Shown: positions 37,329 through 50,094 of the stretch, one piece after another
Layout: the number at the start of each line of letters is the position of its first letter
How positions within the stretch are numbered: position 1 is the first letter of the stretch
From: Candidatus Poribacteria bacterium
GTDB taxonomy: Bacteria; Poribacteria; WGA-4E; WGA-3G
Direction of reading: 5' to 3'
Assembly (NCBI GenBank): GCA_963665235.2
Contig: CAXXLX010000001.1
Span: forward strand, 640,001 to 704,000
Length of the DNA stretch: 64,000 nt
Made by a program: the position numbers and the translations under genes
The notes under the pieces: generated by a model
Databases searched by the model: none
Seen by the model: the letters and a program-made list of their open reading frames with translations, nothing else
What the model was told of the DNA's origin: nothing

Positions 37329-39140
37329 TCAGTTATCGGTTATCAGTTGATTGAGAACGCCTTCGTCAATAATTGTGTCCCCTCGCATGACGTGCCATTT
37401 CACAGCTTCCAAACCGACAATATCATCAGTGTCAAGATGAAATGCACAGCGATAGACAGATTTTGCCTCATTCGCAACATATATCATCGGTTTCGCATCG
37501 AGCACCTTCCGATTTTGATACGTCAACGTTAAGGTCAATGAAAGTGCCCCTACCGCTTCACTTGGCACAACAACAATTTCCCAATAGTCGCGATGAATCG
37601 GATTCGGAAGGACATAAATAGAATATGTTCCAAGGTTCCCTTCAAATGCATCATAGTTGTATGTTATAGTTTGCTGCGAAAAGCTGCGATTTTCCACCTG
37701 TAGGCTTGGCATAATCATCACACGTTGGACACTCGTTCCAAAAGTAGGAATATCGTAAGCAGTCATTCCATCGGTTTCCGTTTTAAGTGGTAAAGATTCA
37801 ACTCGGATTTCTCCCGTGTTATAGAGATATGCTGCCCTAATGTCAACTTTTGCGTTGCGCTGCGTAGAAAAATTGAAGGTTAAACCCGCCTGTCCTACAG
37901 TTGCGTCCCTCACAGTACATTCGATGGCGTGTGCAGAAAAATTGGCGAGTATTTTATTTTTGCCAGCAGTTGGGTACGTATCATGGGTGAATAAGGGTAG
38001 AATCGTCGGGGTTAGTGAGTTATACCGGAAAGATTTTTCAACAGTGCCGAACGGTCGCCACGCTGTAAGATAATTTGCCACTTTCCAATCCGAAAAGATG
38101 TCCGAAAATGTGCGCTGTATACCCTGTTTTTCCAACGTGTGCACAACCCCCGAAATGCCATCTATCGGACTTTTAACAAGGGCAGCGATAGTCTGTTGCC
38201 CCCCATAGTGTTCATGGAGATATAGCATGAAAAGGAACGCGGCACCGTAGTGTGATAGCAGATTTGCCTGATTTTTATGTTCCCAATTGGTTAGCGAAAT
38301 GTCCGGTGTTTGTTGAAAAGCCGCGATATGCTGATTGAGATTATATCCACACTGAAACGCGGCATAATCTGCACATCCCTCATCTATCCAGATTTCCTCG
38401 TTCGGAGAATGCTTATAATGAATAAGGTGTTGGAGTTCATGGGCGATAATTTTCTGAATGGCTTCAGCAGCCCCCGGCTGGTTTCTTGAGTGCACATAGA
38501 GAATATCCGCCTCGTTGCTATGAAGCGGCCCAAAGGTTGGATGGTGAAGCATGCCTCGCTCCTGATCGACCGGTAAGAAGTATCCCGCAGTGGTGTGATG
38601 GGCCGCGGCATCTCGAATGTTGAGGAGGAGCAAAATAACTTTGCCGTTTTTATCTATATCAGGCGGTGTGCCGAGGTATGCCGTTAAAGTTTCATAGATT
38701 CCGCGGCGTGGGTCGGCTGGCGTTGCTGTATCAAACGCTTTATGGAGCATTTGGACCATTTGTGCGGTGACCTTTTCCGGCCATTCTGAATCTTCAACGA
38801 AGATATAACAGTGGTGTCCACTTGCCCGTAAGGTTGCGTGAATTATATACTGCTGTTTCTTTGCGAAGTCTATAGCGAAAAAGTTCCGCTGGAAGCCAAT
38901 AGGGTGTGCCGGTGCCGCTGGATGTGCTGGAGCGGTCGGCACAGTCGTAGGCATTCTCCGAAGGTTTCTGTCCTTCACCGATAGGTGTTGCCCCGCGCCA
39001 TCCTTCTTTAGAAGGGGCACTGCACAGCGGAACGCTTCGCTGGACTGCACAGCGACGGTTAGCATCAGAAAAAAAAAGACAATTTGAATCAGGCCTAAAG
39101 TAGGCGGAGAAAAGGTCAGTACACTTTGGCGAAAACGCAT
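37329..39140 (-). CDS. Secreted zinc metallopeptidase (M30/M6-like)
   Basis: Signal peptide, AHELQHLIH and WIDEGCA zinc motifs, YGAAFLFMLYL. Confidence 0.8.
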   Translation of the reverse strand: MRFRQSVLTFSPPTLGLIQIVFFFLMLTVAVQSSEAFRCAVPLLKKDGAGQHLSVKDRNLRRMPTTVPTAPAHPAAPAHPIGFQRNFFAIDFAKKQQYIIHATLRASGHHCYIFVEDSEWPEKVTAQMVQMLHKAFDTATPADPRRGIYETLTAYLGTPPDIDKNGKVILLLLNIRDAAAHHTTAGYFLPVDQERGMLHHPTFGPLHSNEADILYVHSRNQPGAAEAIQKIIAHELQHLIHYKHSPNEEIWIDEGCADYAAFQCGYNLNQHIAAFQQTPDISLTNWEHKNQANLLSHYGAAFLFMLYLHEHYGGQQTIAALVKSPIDGISGVVHTLEKQGIQRTFSDIFSDWKVANYLTAWRPFGTVEKSFRYNSLTPTILPLFTHDTYPTAGKNKILANFSAHAIECTVRDATVGQAGLTFNFSTQRNAKVDIRAAYLYNTGEIRVESLPLKTETDGMTAYDIPTFGTSVQRVMIMPSLQVENRSFSQQTITYNYDAFEGNLGTYSIYVLPNPIHRDYWEIVVVPSEAVGALSLTLTLTYQNRKVLDAKPMIYVANEAKSVYRCAFHLDTDDIVGLEAVKWHVMRGDTIIDEGVLNQLITDN

Positions 39141-39221
39141 AGTTTCGGCTTCCTTATTACCTATAACAGCACAGCGGAGCGGGTTTCCTACTACTTTACA
39201 CTTGTCAGCAGACTATCCATC

Positions 39222-40844
39222 CTATTTGAGCCGTTCTTGGATTTGCTGGTTCTCAGGTTCAATCGTTTGTGCCTGTTCCAAGGCTTGACGTGCTTTTTGA
39301 GGCTCGTTATTTTTCCGGTATGCGTCCCCAAGGTGCATGAGAATCTCCACAGTGTTCGGTAAATGTTGATTTGCAAGTTCAAGTGTTTCAACCGCCTTAG
39401 CGAAACGTTTCTGTTTGAAGAAAACCCATCCGAGGGTATCGAGGTATGCCCCATTTGTAGGCGATTTTTCAAGGGCGCGTCGGACTAAATTTTCCGCTTC
39501 ATCCAGGTTCGTGCCCTGTTCAGCGTAGAGATATGCTAACGCATTGAGGGCGTGTGCATGGTTAGGTCTAAGTTGGAGTGTTTTTCGGAGATATTTCTCA
39601 GCTTTCTCGAATTCCCCGTGAGTTTGGTAGATAGCAGCGATGCTGTATGTTCCATCTACGTGCCGGGGGTTTCGTGAAAGTAGTTGTGTGAAGATTTTTT
39701 GTGCAGCATCGAAGTTTTCGAAACTGAGGTAAACCTGTCCGAGTGCATTGAGTGCATTGTCTATGATGTTTAGATACATTCTACGCTGGGCCCGGTTTTG
39801 TGCGTTTTCTGCACGGGCCTCCGCAGCAGTAATCGTTTTTTGGAGATAAGTTTCCGCTGCAGAAATAGATTTATCAATTTCTGCTGTGCGCTCTCCGCTT
39901 GCCGCATAAGCCCGTCTTGCAATGTCCTGATGGACGAGCCCCATACCGAATGTGCCGTTAATGTCATTAGGCATCCACTTAAGGATTTGGGTAAAGACCT
40001 GCTGTGCCTCAGTCAACTTATCGGTGGCGAGGTAGAGGTGCCCGAGCGCGGTCAATGCTCGGACATCGCGTGGGTTAATTTTGACAACGCGCTGATATGC
40101 CTCAATTGCTTCCTGTGGTTTCTGCAGCTCTCGGTAGAGTTCGGCTAATTGCTTATGGAAACTCGGTTCAAATGGCATTACCCGTGTGAGTGCTTTGAGC
40201 GCTGTTTCGGCAGTGTCATATTCTCGAAGCTGGCGTGCTAGGTTCGCAAGCATCTCCTGCGCCTGTCTGTGGTCAGGGTCTAATTTCGTGATGCGTTTCA
40301 GGACAGTGACGATATTATCAACGTCACCGCCGGTATGGTAAGCACGGTATGCAAGGATTTGGGCAAGTTGCCACATAGCGGGTATGTAGTCAGCATTTAT
40401 TTTGAGAGCTTGTCGGCTATCCTGTTCTGCCCCCCGGATATCCTGCATTCTATATCGGAGCTGTCCCCGTTTGTAAAAGATATAAGCGGACGTAGGGTGC
40501 AGCTGTATGAGTGCATCGTAAACGCCCCTTGCCTCTGACAAATTTTTATCAAAACTCTCTAAGTAAACTGCCTGCATCAGTTGTGTGTAAATCGCCTTTG
40601 CGCTCTGTGCAGCCTCAGCGAGCTGCGCAGCCTCTGCTGACGTATCAACCGAAAGTAGTGGCGGTGTCTCTTGCGCAGATAGGGGTGTTCGCAATGTGAA
40701 AAATGTGAAACAAAAGAACAGACTCAATAAAACCAGCCCTGCAACTTTTTGTAGCCCTGCTCGGTGGGAGCAAACTTCTGATTGTGAACGTTTATGCAGA
40801 CGCGCTTTGTAAGCACACCTTCTGATTGAAACATCTTTCGTCAT
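39222..40844 (-). CDS. Exported TPR protein
   Basis: TPR repeats; C-terminal ALNALAY...YLDTLGW...HLGD typical of periplasmic TPR proteins. Confidence 0.88.
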   Translation of the reverse strand: MTKDVSIRRCAYKARLHKRSQSEVCSHRAGLQKVAGLVLLSLFFCFTFFTLRTPLSAQETPPLLSVDTSAEAAQLAEAAQSAKAIYTQLMQAVYLESFDKNLSEARGVYDALIQLHPTSAYIFYKRGQLRYRMQDIRGAEQDSRQALKINADYIPAMWQLAQILAYRAYHTGGDVDNIVTVLKRITKLDPDHRQAQEMLANLARQLREYDTAETALKALTRVMPFEPSFHKQLAELYRELQKPQEAIEAYQRVVKINPRDVRALTALGHLYLATDKLTEAQQVFTQILKWMPNDINGTFGMGLVHQDIARRAYAASGERTAEIDKSISAAETYLQKTITAAEARAENAQNRAQRRMYLNIIDNALNALGQVYLSFENFDAAQKIFTQLLSRNPRHVDGTYSIAAIYQTHGEFEKAEKYLRKTLQLRPNHAHALNALAYLYAEQGTNLDEAENLVRRALEKSPTNGAYLDTLGWVFFKQKRFAKAVETLELANQHLPNTVEILMHLGDAYRKNNEPQKARQALEQAQTIEPENQQIQERLK

Positions 40845-40876
40845 AAAATTTCTCCTTCTTCATCGCGCTTTGTCAT

Positions 40877-41345
40877 CAAAATATTCGGTGTGGAGACCCC
40901 CAGCATTTATGCGGGGGAGGAAACACCGCTCCCATTCGTTCTATATTTCCCCCCAAAGGGGGAGTCGGGTTGTTTTTTCGCCACAAGCCCGTAGGCGTTC
41001 CTCGCAGACTGTGCTGCTTCGTTCAACAGAACTCGCACTTTCTGTTTACTTGACCTGACACGGTATCTTTGAAAAAACAGGTAAGGCCCCTTTCGGGTTC
41101 TCCGCTTACGCGGGTATATGTTTCCCCATCCAGATCACATAAGCGTAGTGGGTTAAGACTTGGGGAGCATCCTTCAGTGAAATCGTCCAACCACAGACGA
41201 CCCACCTTTTTAGATAACCATACTTTGGACTGCCATGTCCAGCCTCTGCGATATATTACTGTAGTCAACAAGTTACCCTCGTCCCTGTAATAGCCTTGGC
41301 GGGCATCAGGGACAAGCCCCCATGCTTTAGCTGGGGGTTATTGAC
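40877..41345 (-). ncRNA. Standalone omegaRNA/HEARO-like RNA in an ORF-less IsrB-family element
   Basis: Minus strand begins GTCAATAACCCCCAGCTAAAGCATGGGGC...GTTGACTACAGTAATATATCG...GATGCTCCCCAAGTC...GATCTGGATGGGGAAA and ends TTCCTCCCCCGCATAAATGCTGGGGG...CCGAATATTTTG|ATGA. Confidence 0.82.
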
Positions 41346-41359
41346 CTGAGCGCGAATGC

Positions 41360-43825
41360 TTATGTGGATTCGCTTTGTAAGGGCAGCTCTTCGCTCAAAT
41401 CCGAGGACTGATGGTTAAGCACCCCGACATCCACAATAGTTTCGTCCGGTTGTAACGTCATGAGCCGGACCCCCTGCGTAGCTCGCCCAATGACCCGAAC
41501 GTCACTGACCGCCATGCGCGTCACGTATCCTGTTGAACTAATGAGTACGAGTTCGTCATCATCTGACACTAAGTTCGCGGAGACGACAGCACCGTTTCGG
41601 GTTGAACGTTTAATAGCGGTTACCCCAACGCCGCCGCGCTTTTGCGACCGATAGGCGGATAAGCCGGTCCGTTTACCGTAACCGTTCTCTGTAACAACGA
41701 GGAGTGACTGGGTTTCATCAGGTGCACAGACCATTTTAACAACAAAGTCGCCTTCGGCAAGTCGAATGCCCCGGACCCCGCGTGTAGGGCGTCCCATGCT
41801 GCGCACCTCAGCCTCGTTAAACCGGATAGAATTGCCGTTATGACTAACAAGGACAACATCATGATTTCCACTTGTTAGCCGCGCGCCGATGAGTAGGTCG
41901 TCCGTATCCAACTTAACCGCAATAATTCCTGTAGAGAGCGGATTCCGAAATTCCCGCAATGGAGATTTCTTGACAATACCGTGCTTTGTGGTCATCAAAA
42001 CATAGAGGTCCTCCTTAAATTCTCTGACTGGAACGAAGGCAGTAATAGTCTCGGTGTCACTCAAACGTAGCATATTTACCGCTGCGCGACCGATTGCTTG
42101 ACGGGTGCCCTCAGGTATTTCAAAAACCTTCATGACATAACACTTGCCAAGGTTTGTAAAAAAGAGCAGAGATTGATGCGCCGTTGCAATAATCAGATGC
42201 TCCAAGAAATCGCCATCTTTAGTGGGACCGCCTTTGATGCCGACCCCTCCACGATTTTGGCGGCGATACGTGTCCATCGGAATCCGCTTAATGTATCCAG
42301 AATGCGTCAACGTGACAACCATCTCCTCATCGGCGATAAGGTCCTCCATTTCAAAACTTTTGACCTCCGAAACGATGTTAGTGATTCGTTCATCTCCATG
42401 TTCCTCCCTCAATGCGTCTAATTCCTCCCGGATGATGTTGGTGATAAGTTCTTCATCTGATAGGATAGCGCGAAGTTCAGCGATACGTTCAAGGAGGTCG
42501 CCGTATTCATCGTTAACGTTTTGCCGTTCCAATCCTGTCAACTGGCGTAAGGTTAGAGATAACACTTCGCGTGCCTGAATATCAGAGAATTCATACTGCG
42601 CCTGTAGGAATTCTCTGGCAGCCTGTGGGGTTTCAGCTGTCTGCACAACCTCAATGACCTCTTCTATATTTTCTAATGCAATACGGTACCCCTCTAAGAT
42701 GTGTGCGCGGCGTTCACACCGTGCCAACTCAAATTCGGTTCGCCGTCGGACAACATCCCGCCGATGGGATAGATAGTGATGCAAAATTTCAGTGAGGGTT
42801 AATATTTGGGGCAGGCCATCTACAAGACAAAGCAGATTCGCAGCGAAATAATCCTGCATCTTTGTATGTTTATACAGCTGATTTAAGATAACTTGCGGCA
42901 CCTCGCCTCGCTTGAGTTCTATTACGATACGGATTTCCTTATCGGATTCGTCCCGGATATCTGAAATCCCTGTAATCGTTTTCAAGTTCACACAATCGAC
43001 AATCCGCTCAAGTAGGTGATTTTTCTTAATCTGATACGGAATTTCGGTGACAACAATTTGTTCTCGGTCACCCCGAGTTTTGCTGTTCGTTATCGGTTCA
43101 ATTTCTACCCTCGCACGCAGTGTAATACTGCCTTTGCCGGTAGCATACATATCCTTGATACCCTTTTTACCGACGATAATTCCGCCTGTGGGAAAATCAG
43201 GGCCAGGTATAAATTCAAGCAGCTCTTCAACAGATGCATCCGGAAAATCAAGTATATGCAACAGGGCATCCACAACCTCTACGAGGTTATGTGGTGGGAT
43301 GCATGTTGAATAACCGACCCCGATACCGGTAGTGCCGTTGACAAGAAGGTTCGGGAGCAATCCAGGCAGGACGGTGGGCTCCTCCATAGAATCCTTATAG
43401 TTGGGTTGAAAATCAACTGTATCTTTACCAATATCCCGGAGGAGGGTCTCAGCAATCTTTGCAAGCCGACACTCGGTGTAACGCATTGCCCCGGGGGGGT
43501 CATCGTCAATAGACCCAAAATTGCCTTGTCCATCAATTAAGGGGTAGCGCGTGCTGAATTCCTGCACGAGTCGGACAAGCGTCCCGTAAATCGGGCCATC
43601 GCCGTGCGGGTGAAAGTTCTTCATAACCTCACCGACAACCGCAGCACACTTATCGTACGGACGCTCATTCGTCAAATTGAGTGAGCCCATGGCATAGATG
43701 ATTCGGCGTGCACTCGGTTTCAAACCATCCCGTACATCAGGGAGTGCTCTATTGGTATTAACACTCATGGCATAGGTGAGGTATGATGTTTGCAGTTCCG
43801 CTTCTATTGAACGTTTTTGAATCAT
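41360..43825 (-). CDS. gyrA: DNA gyrase subunit A
   Basis: RALPDVRDGLKP, HPHGD, catalytic MRYTE and GyrA box QNRGGVG. Confidence 0.97.
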   Translation of the reverse strand: MIQKRSIEAELQTSYLTYAMSVNTNRALPDVRDGLKPSARRIIYAMGSLNLTNERPYDKCAAVVGEVMKNFHPHGDGPIYGTLVRLVQEFSTRYPLIDGQGNFGSIDDDPPGAMRYTECRLAKIAETLLRDIGKDTVDFQPNYKDSMEEPTVLPGLLPNLLVNGTTGIGVGYSTCIPPHNLVEVVDALLHILDFPDASVEELLEFIPGPDFPTGGIIVGKKGIKDMYATGKGSITLRARVEIEPITNSKTRGDREQIVVTEIPYQIKKNHLLERIVDCVNLKTITGISDIRDESDKEIRIVIELKRGEVPQVILNQLYKHTKMQDYFAANLLCLVDGLPQILTLTEILHHYLSHRRDVVRRRTEFELARCERRAHILEGYRIALENIEEVIEVVQTAETPQAAREFLQAQYEFSDIQAREVLSLTLRQLTGLERQNVNDEYGDLLERIAELRAILSDEELITNIIREELDALREEHGDERITNIVSEVKSFEMEDLIADEEMVVTLTHSGYIKRIPMDTYRRQNRGGVGIKGGPTKDGDFLEHLIIATAHQSLLFFTNLGKCYVMKVFEIPEGTRQAIGRAAVNMLRLSDTETITAFVPVREFKEDLYVLMTTKHGIVKKSPLREFRNPLSTGIIAVKLDTDDLLIGARLTSGNHDVVLVSHNGNSIRFNEAEVRSMGRPTRGVRGIRLAEGDFVVKMVCAPDETQSLLVVTENGYGKRTGLSAYRSQKRGGVGVTAIKRSTRNGAVVSANLVSDDDELVLISSTGYVTRMAVSDVRVIGRATQGVRLMTLQPDETIVDVGVLNHQSSDLSEELPLQSEST

Positions 43826-43842
43826 GGGGTCTCCGTTTCCTT

Positions 43843-43959
43843 TTGGCTGTTAGCAATTAGCAGCAATTAGCAAGATGTTGTGATTATCAGCAGGTTTCTG
43901 ACGCGCATCACATCCCTCTTGCTCTTGCCAATCGCCATTAGCCATTAGCCAACAGCCAT
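43843..43959. repeat. Dispersed ~110-bp element (copy 2) between gyrB and gyrA
   Basis: Inverted homolog of 9792-9903 with TTAGCAA/GCCATTA heptamer arms. Confidence 0.8.
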
Positions 43960-43966
43960 TCTAACC

Positions 43967-46621
<2,655 letters not shown>

Positions 46622-46646
46622 CTAATTCAAATCTGAAAACCAATTA

Positions 46647-47177
46647 TCAATTACGTTTTGCAAGGCACTTTGTCTCAAAAAGTGACTGAAGCGCGGCCCG
46701 GAGTTCCACATCACGGACCTCAGCCACCGCTGCTTCAATCTTCTGGATATCGTCCGGGCTCAGCGATGTGACCTCGGAATCAGACTGTGTTTCTGATGCG
46801 TCCGATAGTCTTTGTTCAACATGCTTTTTGTTAGTTTTCATGCAGTTCGGATTGTAGTGAAATCGGATGTCAACGACAACGTTCTCACGTTCGAGCAGTT
46901 CAGATAGTTTTTGCAAAAGCATCGGTTTCATCATAGATAACTCGTTGCTATAAACAGCATGTGCGACTTCAACCCGCAATACCCCGGTCGATGATAAAGA
47001 CACCGGAACGGTTTGCTTAGCAATAGCATCGCCGACGACAGTTGGCCAATGTCCGAAAACGCGCCATTCTTCATACTTGTAGCTTTGTCCTTGCTCGCGC
47101 AGGGTACTTTTAATTATAGCTTCTACTTCCTGCAAACCTTCTTGGTTTACGTGATGTCGTTTCTTTCTAAATCTCAT
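46647..47177 (-). CDS. dciA: DciA (DUF721) helicase-loading protein
   Basis: WPTVVG..IA..T.P...GVLRVEV pattern; canonical position between recF and gyrB. Confidence 0.8.
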   Translation of the reverse strand: MRFRKKRHHVNQEGLQEVEAIIKSTLREQGQSYKYEEWRVFGHWPTVVGDAIAKQTVPVSLSSTGVLRVEVAHAVYSNELSMMKPMLLQKLSELLERENVVVDIRFHYNPNCMKTNKKHVEQRLSDASETQSDSEVTSLSPDDIQKIEAAVAEVRDVELRAALQSLFETKCLAKRN

Positions 47178-47190
47178 AATATTTCCACCC

Positions 47191-48420
47191 CTATGAACGG
47201 TCCCGCGCGGTTTCCTCAATGATAACCCCCTCCTCCACTCTTAACAGATGGACCCCCGAAAGTTGGCCAGCTATGGCATCGCTATCCGTTGCGGTTATCA
47301 CCGTTTGGGCAGCGACGTTCTCAAGATATGTGAGGAGGTAGGCTCGCCTTTTGACATCAAGTTCAGACAGGACATCATCCAACAAAAACAGGGGTGCGGT
47401 GCCTGTTTTCTCCCGAATGAATTCCAATTCCGCCAGTTTCAAAGCGAGAGCTATTGTTCGGTGTTGTCCTTGAGAGGCATAGATACGCGCTGTTTCACGC
47501 AGCGGTCCTTGGTTCCCATGGTACGTCTCCAAAGCGAGGGTAACATCGTCGCGATGGGGCCCTACCAACGTGATTCCTCTACGAATTTCAGCACTGCGTT
47601 CAGTTAGCAAGGCTTTTCGAAATCGTTTTTCAAGTATCTCAATGGATTCATGCATCGGTTGTGCTTCACCTACCAACGTGTTATCAGAAAAACTTTGGTT
47701 TTTATCATTTTTCTGATGCGCCAAAACGTTTGGAATATAACACAATACAAGCCGTTCAATCCCGCCGGTTAGGGCAAGATGGGTCGCTTCAGCGACAACG
47801 CTTAAACGCGCCAAGGCTACATACCGTGCAGCAGCAAGTGCACTTCCATATTTAACGAGCAGTCCATCCCACACGGTGAGTTCCTCAACCTTTGCCTCTC
47901 CCAAAGCCAACCGCTTGAGCAACGCATTCCGATGCTGCAAGACATGTCTATAACGTTGAAGTTCCACTATATACTGCCGATTCAGTTGTGATAAAAGCAA
48001 ATCCAACCAACGTCTTCGGGCTGACGGGGCCCCTTTTACTAATTCCAAAGATTCTGGTGAAAACACAACAACGTTGAACTGACCTATCCAGTCGGAGCGT
48101 CGCTGTTGGAGCACGCCATCGGTTTTCAGTCGAAATGCGCCTTGACGGGGCTTGACAGCATCCAGTCGGCGAATCGTTTCTTGGATGCCATCGCAACGCA
48201 AATACCCAGTAACAGCGAACCCTTCCGCAGTATGCCGTATTAATTCTACAGCAGATGTCCCACGATGGGATTCTCCAGTGCAGAGAAAATAGAGAGCCTC
48301 AAGCAGGCTAGTTTTCCCCATCGCATTCCTACCAACCACTAATGTGACCGGGGCAGGAAAACTGACATCACATTCCGTATAGTTCCGAAAATTCCGAAGA
48401 CAGACGCGCATTAGATGCAT
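47191..48420 (-). CDS. recF: DNA replication/repair protein RecF
   Basis: NFRNY, GRNAMGKT, GPHRDD, SQGQ and LLDDVLSELD motifs. Confidence 0.96.
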   Translation of the reverse strand: MHLMRVCLRNFRNYTECDVSFPAPVTLVVGRNAMGKTSLLEALYFLCTGESHRGTSAVELIRHTAEGFAVTGYLRCDGIQETIRRLDAVKPRQGAFRLKTDGVLQQRRSDWIGQFNVVVFSPESLELVKGAPSARRRWLDLLLSQLNRQYIVELQRYRHVLQHRNALLKRLALGEAKVEELTVWDGLLVKYGSALAAARYVALARLSVVAEATHLALTGGIERLVLCYIPNVLAHQKNDKNQSFSDNTLVGEAQPMHESIEILEKRFRKALLTERSAEIRRGITLVGPHRDDVTLALETYHGNQGPLRETARIYASQGQHRTIALALKLAELEFIREKTGTAPLFLLDDVLSELDVKRRAYLLTYLENVAAQTVITATDSDAIAGQLSGVHLLRVEEGVIIEETARDRS

Positions 48421-48542
48421 CTCTAAACCTGTCCCTTCGCACAAGAAAAAACATATCAGGTTTTATACAAATAGTATAACACAAAAGTTAAATCTTATGC
48501 AAGAAAATATATATTTCGTTGTTCTGCTCCGCCGGGCTCGTA

Positions 48543-49700
48543 TTAAGGGTCAACCTGCTTGTAGAACAGTTTTTCGCCGTTTTTAATAGTGAAAATGACA
48601 GCACTTTTGATGGGGTGTCTGTTTGCGTCATAAGCCATAACCCGAGTTGCCCCAATGTAGTTTTCCGTGGCAGCAAGTTGCTGTCGTATTTCATCAGAGT
48701 CAAGACTACCTGCCCGCGCAATTGCTTCAAGAAGCAATTTGACTGCATCGTAACTGACAGCGACACCCCCAGAAGGTGTAGCTTCATAGGTAGCTTCGTA
48801 AGTGTCAACGAATGCGCGCGCTGTCGGTGCATCTGTATCTGGTGAAAAATGTCCGCTGAAGAAACTGCCTTCTATTTCGGCATCTTCGTTATAGAGCAAG
48901 AGTTGACTGTCCCATGAATCTGCCCCTAGAAAAATCGTAGGGTCCCCATTTGCATTTTGCAACGGAATAGCTCTTGCTTGCTGCGTTATGAATGCCAATT
49001 CTTGCACAAAGCCAGCGATAAAAAGCGCATCAGGTTTCGCAGCTGCTATGGCAGATAATTGTGCTGTGAAATCTGAAGTACCCACCTCATAGAATTCGTT
49101 GGAAACAATGTCTCCACCGAGTTCCCTAAAATTGGATATAAAAATTTCAGAAATACCTTCGGTATAGAGCGCACCGCTTTGCGTAAGAACAGCGGCGGTA
49201 GTTATACCAAGGTCTACTTTTGTAAACTTTGCCATGACTGCCCCTTGGAAATTATCCGTGAAAGATGCCATGAAGACGAAATCACCGGCACTTGTTACGT
49301 TTGGATTGGTTGCGGTTGTTGTAATCATCGGTATTCTATGCCTCTGTGCAACCGCTCCCACCCCAACGGCATGGGAAGACCTATTGGGTCCAATGAGTGC
49401 TATAATTTTGTCATCGACGATGAGTGTTTCGGCAAGTTGGGCAGAGACCTCGGGCACCGCCTCTTTGTTAATGTGCCCAATCAGTTCGACTGGCATTCCA
49501 AGGAGCCCACCGTTTTTGTTAATTTCCGTTACAGCCAGTTCAGCCCCGTATGGATAGGTGATATTTGCTCCGGCAACGACGAAACCGAGCTTAAGGGTTT
49601 CTGGTTCTTGGGTGTCGGTAATAATCCTTTCAACGTTGGTACACCCGAAAATTGTCGTTATGAACATGAGCAGACTTAATGTTGCCAATAATTTGGACAT
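48543..49700 (-). CDS. Branched-chain amino acid-type ABC substrate-binding lipoprotein (LivK-like), orphan
   Basis: Lipobox IFGC; GAELAVTEINKNGGLLG, TTTATNPNVT, DFTAQL and YDAV motifs. Confidence 0.88.
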   Translation of the reverse strand: MSKLLATLSLLMFITTIFGCTNVERIITDTQEPETLKLGFVVAGANITYPYGAELAVTEINKNGGLLGMPVELIGHINKEAVPEVSAQLAETLIVDDKIIALIGPNRSSHAVGVGAVAQRHRIPMITTTATNPNVTSAGDFVFMASFTDNFQGAVMAKFTKVDLGITTAAVLTQSGALYTEGISEIFISNFRELGGDIVSNEFYEVGTSDFTAQLSAIAAAKPDALFIAGFVQELAFITQQARAIPLQNANGDPTIFLGADSWDSQLLLYNEDAEIEGSFFSGHFSPDTDAPTARAFVDTYEATYEATPSGGVAVSYDAVKLLLEAIARAGSLDSDEIRQQLAATENYIGATRVMAYDANRHPIKSAVIFTIKNGEKLFYKQVDP

Positions 49701-49769
49701 AAGAAAAAAATCCTTTCTGTGTATTTTTCTTCTCTTAAATTTTGAATTATCCGCATCCCCTAGTACTGT

Positions 49770-50019
49770 TACTAGAATACTATATATATATAAATTGTAC
49801 CTAGTAGTAGTAGTAGGGGCTGTCGATATGTGCATAACTCACCTAAACCCTTATGTACATTGAATTTATCCCTGTTGATAACATGTCGATAACTTTCCGA
49901 GTTATCGACATGTTATCAACAACGACAATAAAAATGTAAGTTATGCACAAGTTATGCACAAGTTATGCACAATGAATTAGTGAGTTATCAACAGGAATTG
50001 TGGATAACATGTGCATAAC
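49770..50019. other. Chromosomal replication origin oriC
   Basis: AT-rich TATATATATA, DnaA-trios TAGTAGTAGTAGTAG (49802-49816), a GGGC spacer, tandem boxes TGTCGATA/TGTGCATAA and about 12 further DnaA boxes (TTATCAACA, TTATGCACA x3, TGTGGATAA), directly downstream of dnaA. Confidence 0.93.
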
Positions 50020-50094
50020 TTTTTAGCGAAAATTTCTGGTTACGATAAGTTTTAGTTGCTATAAGTTAATATATGCCTTCCCGTTTTTCCGAAT

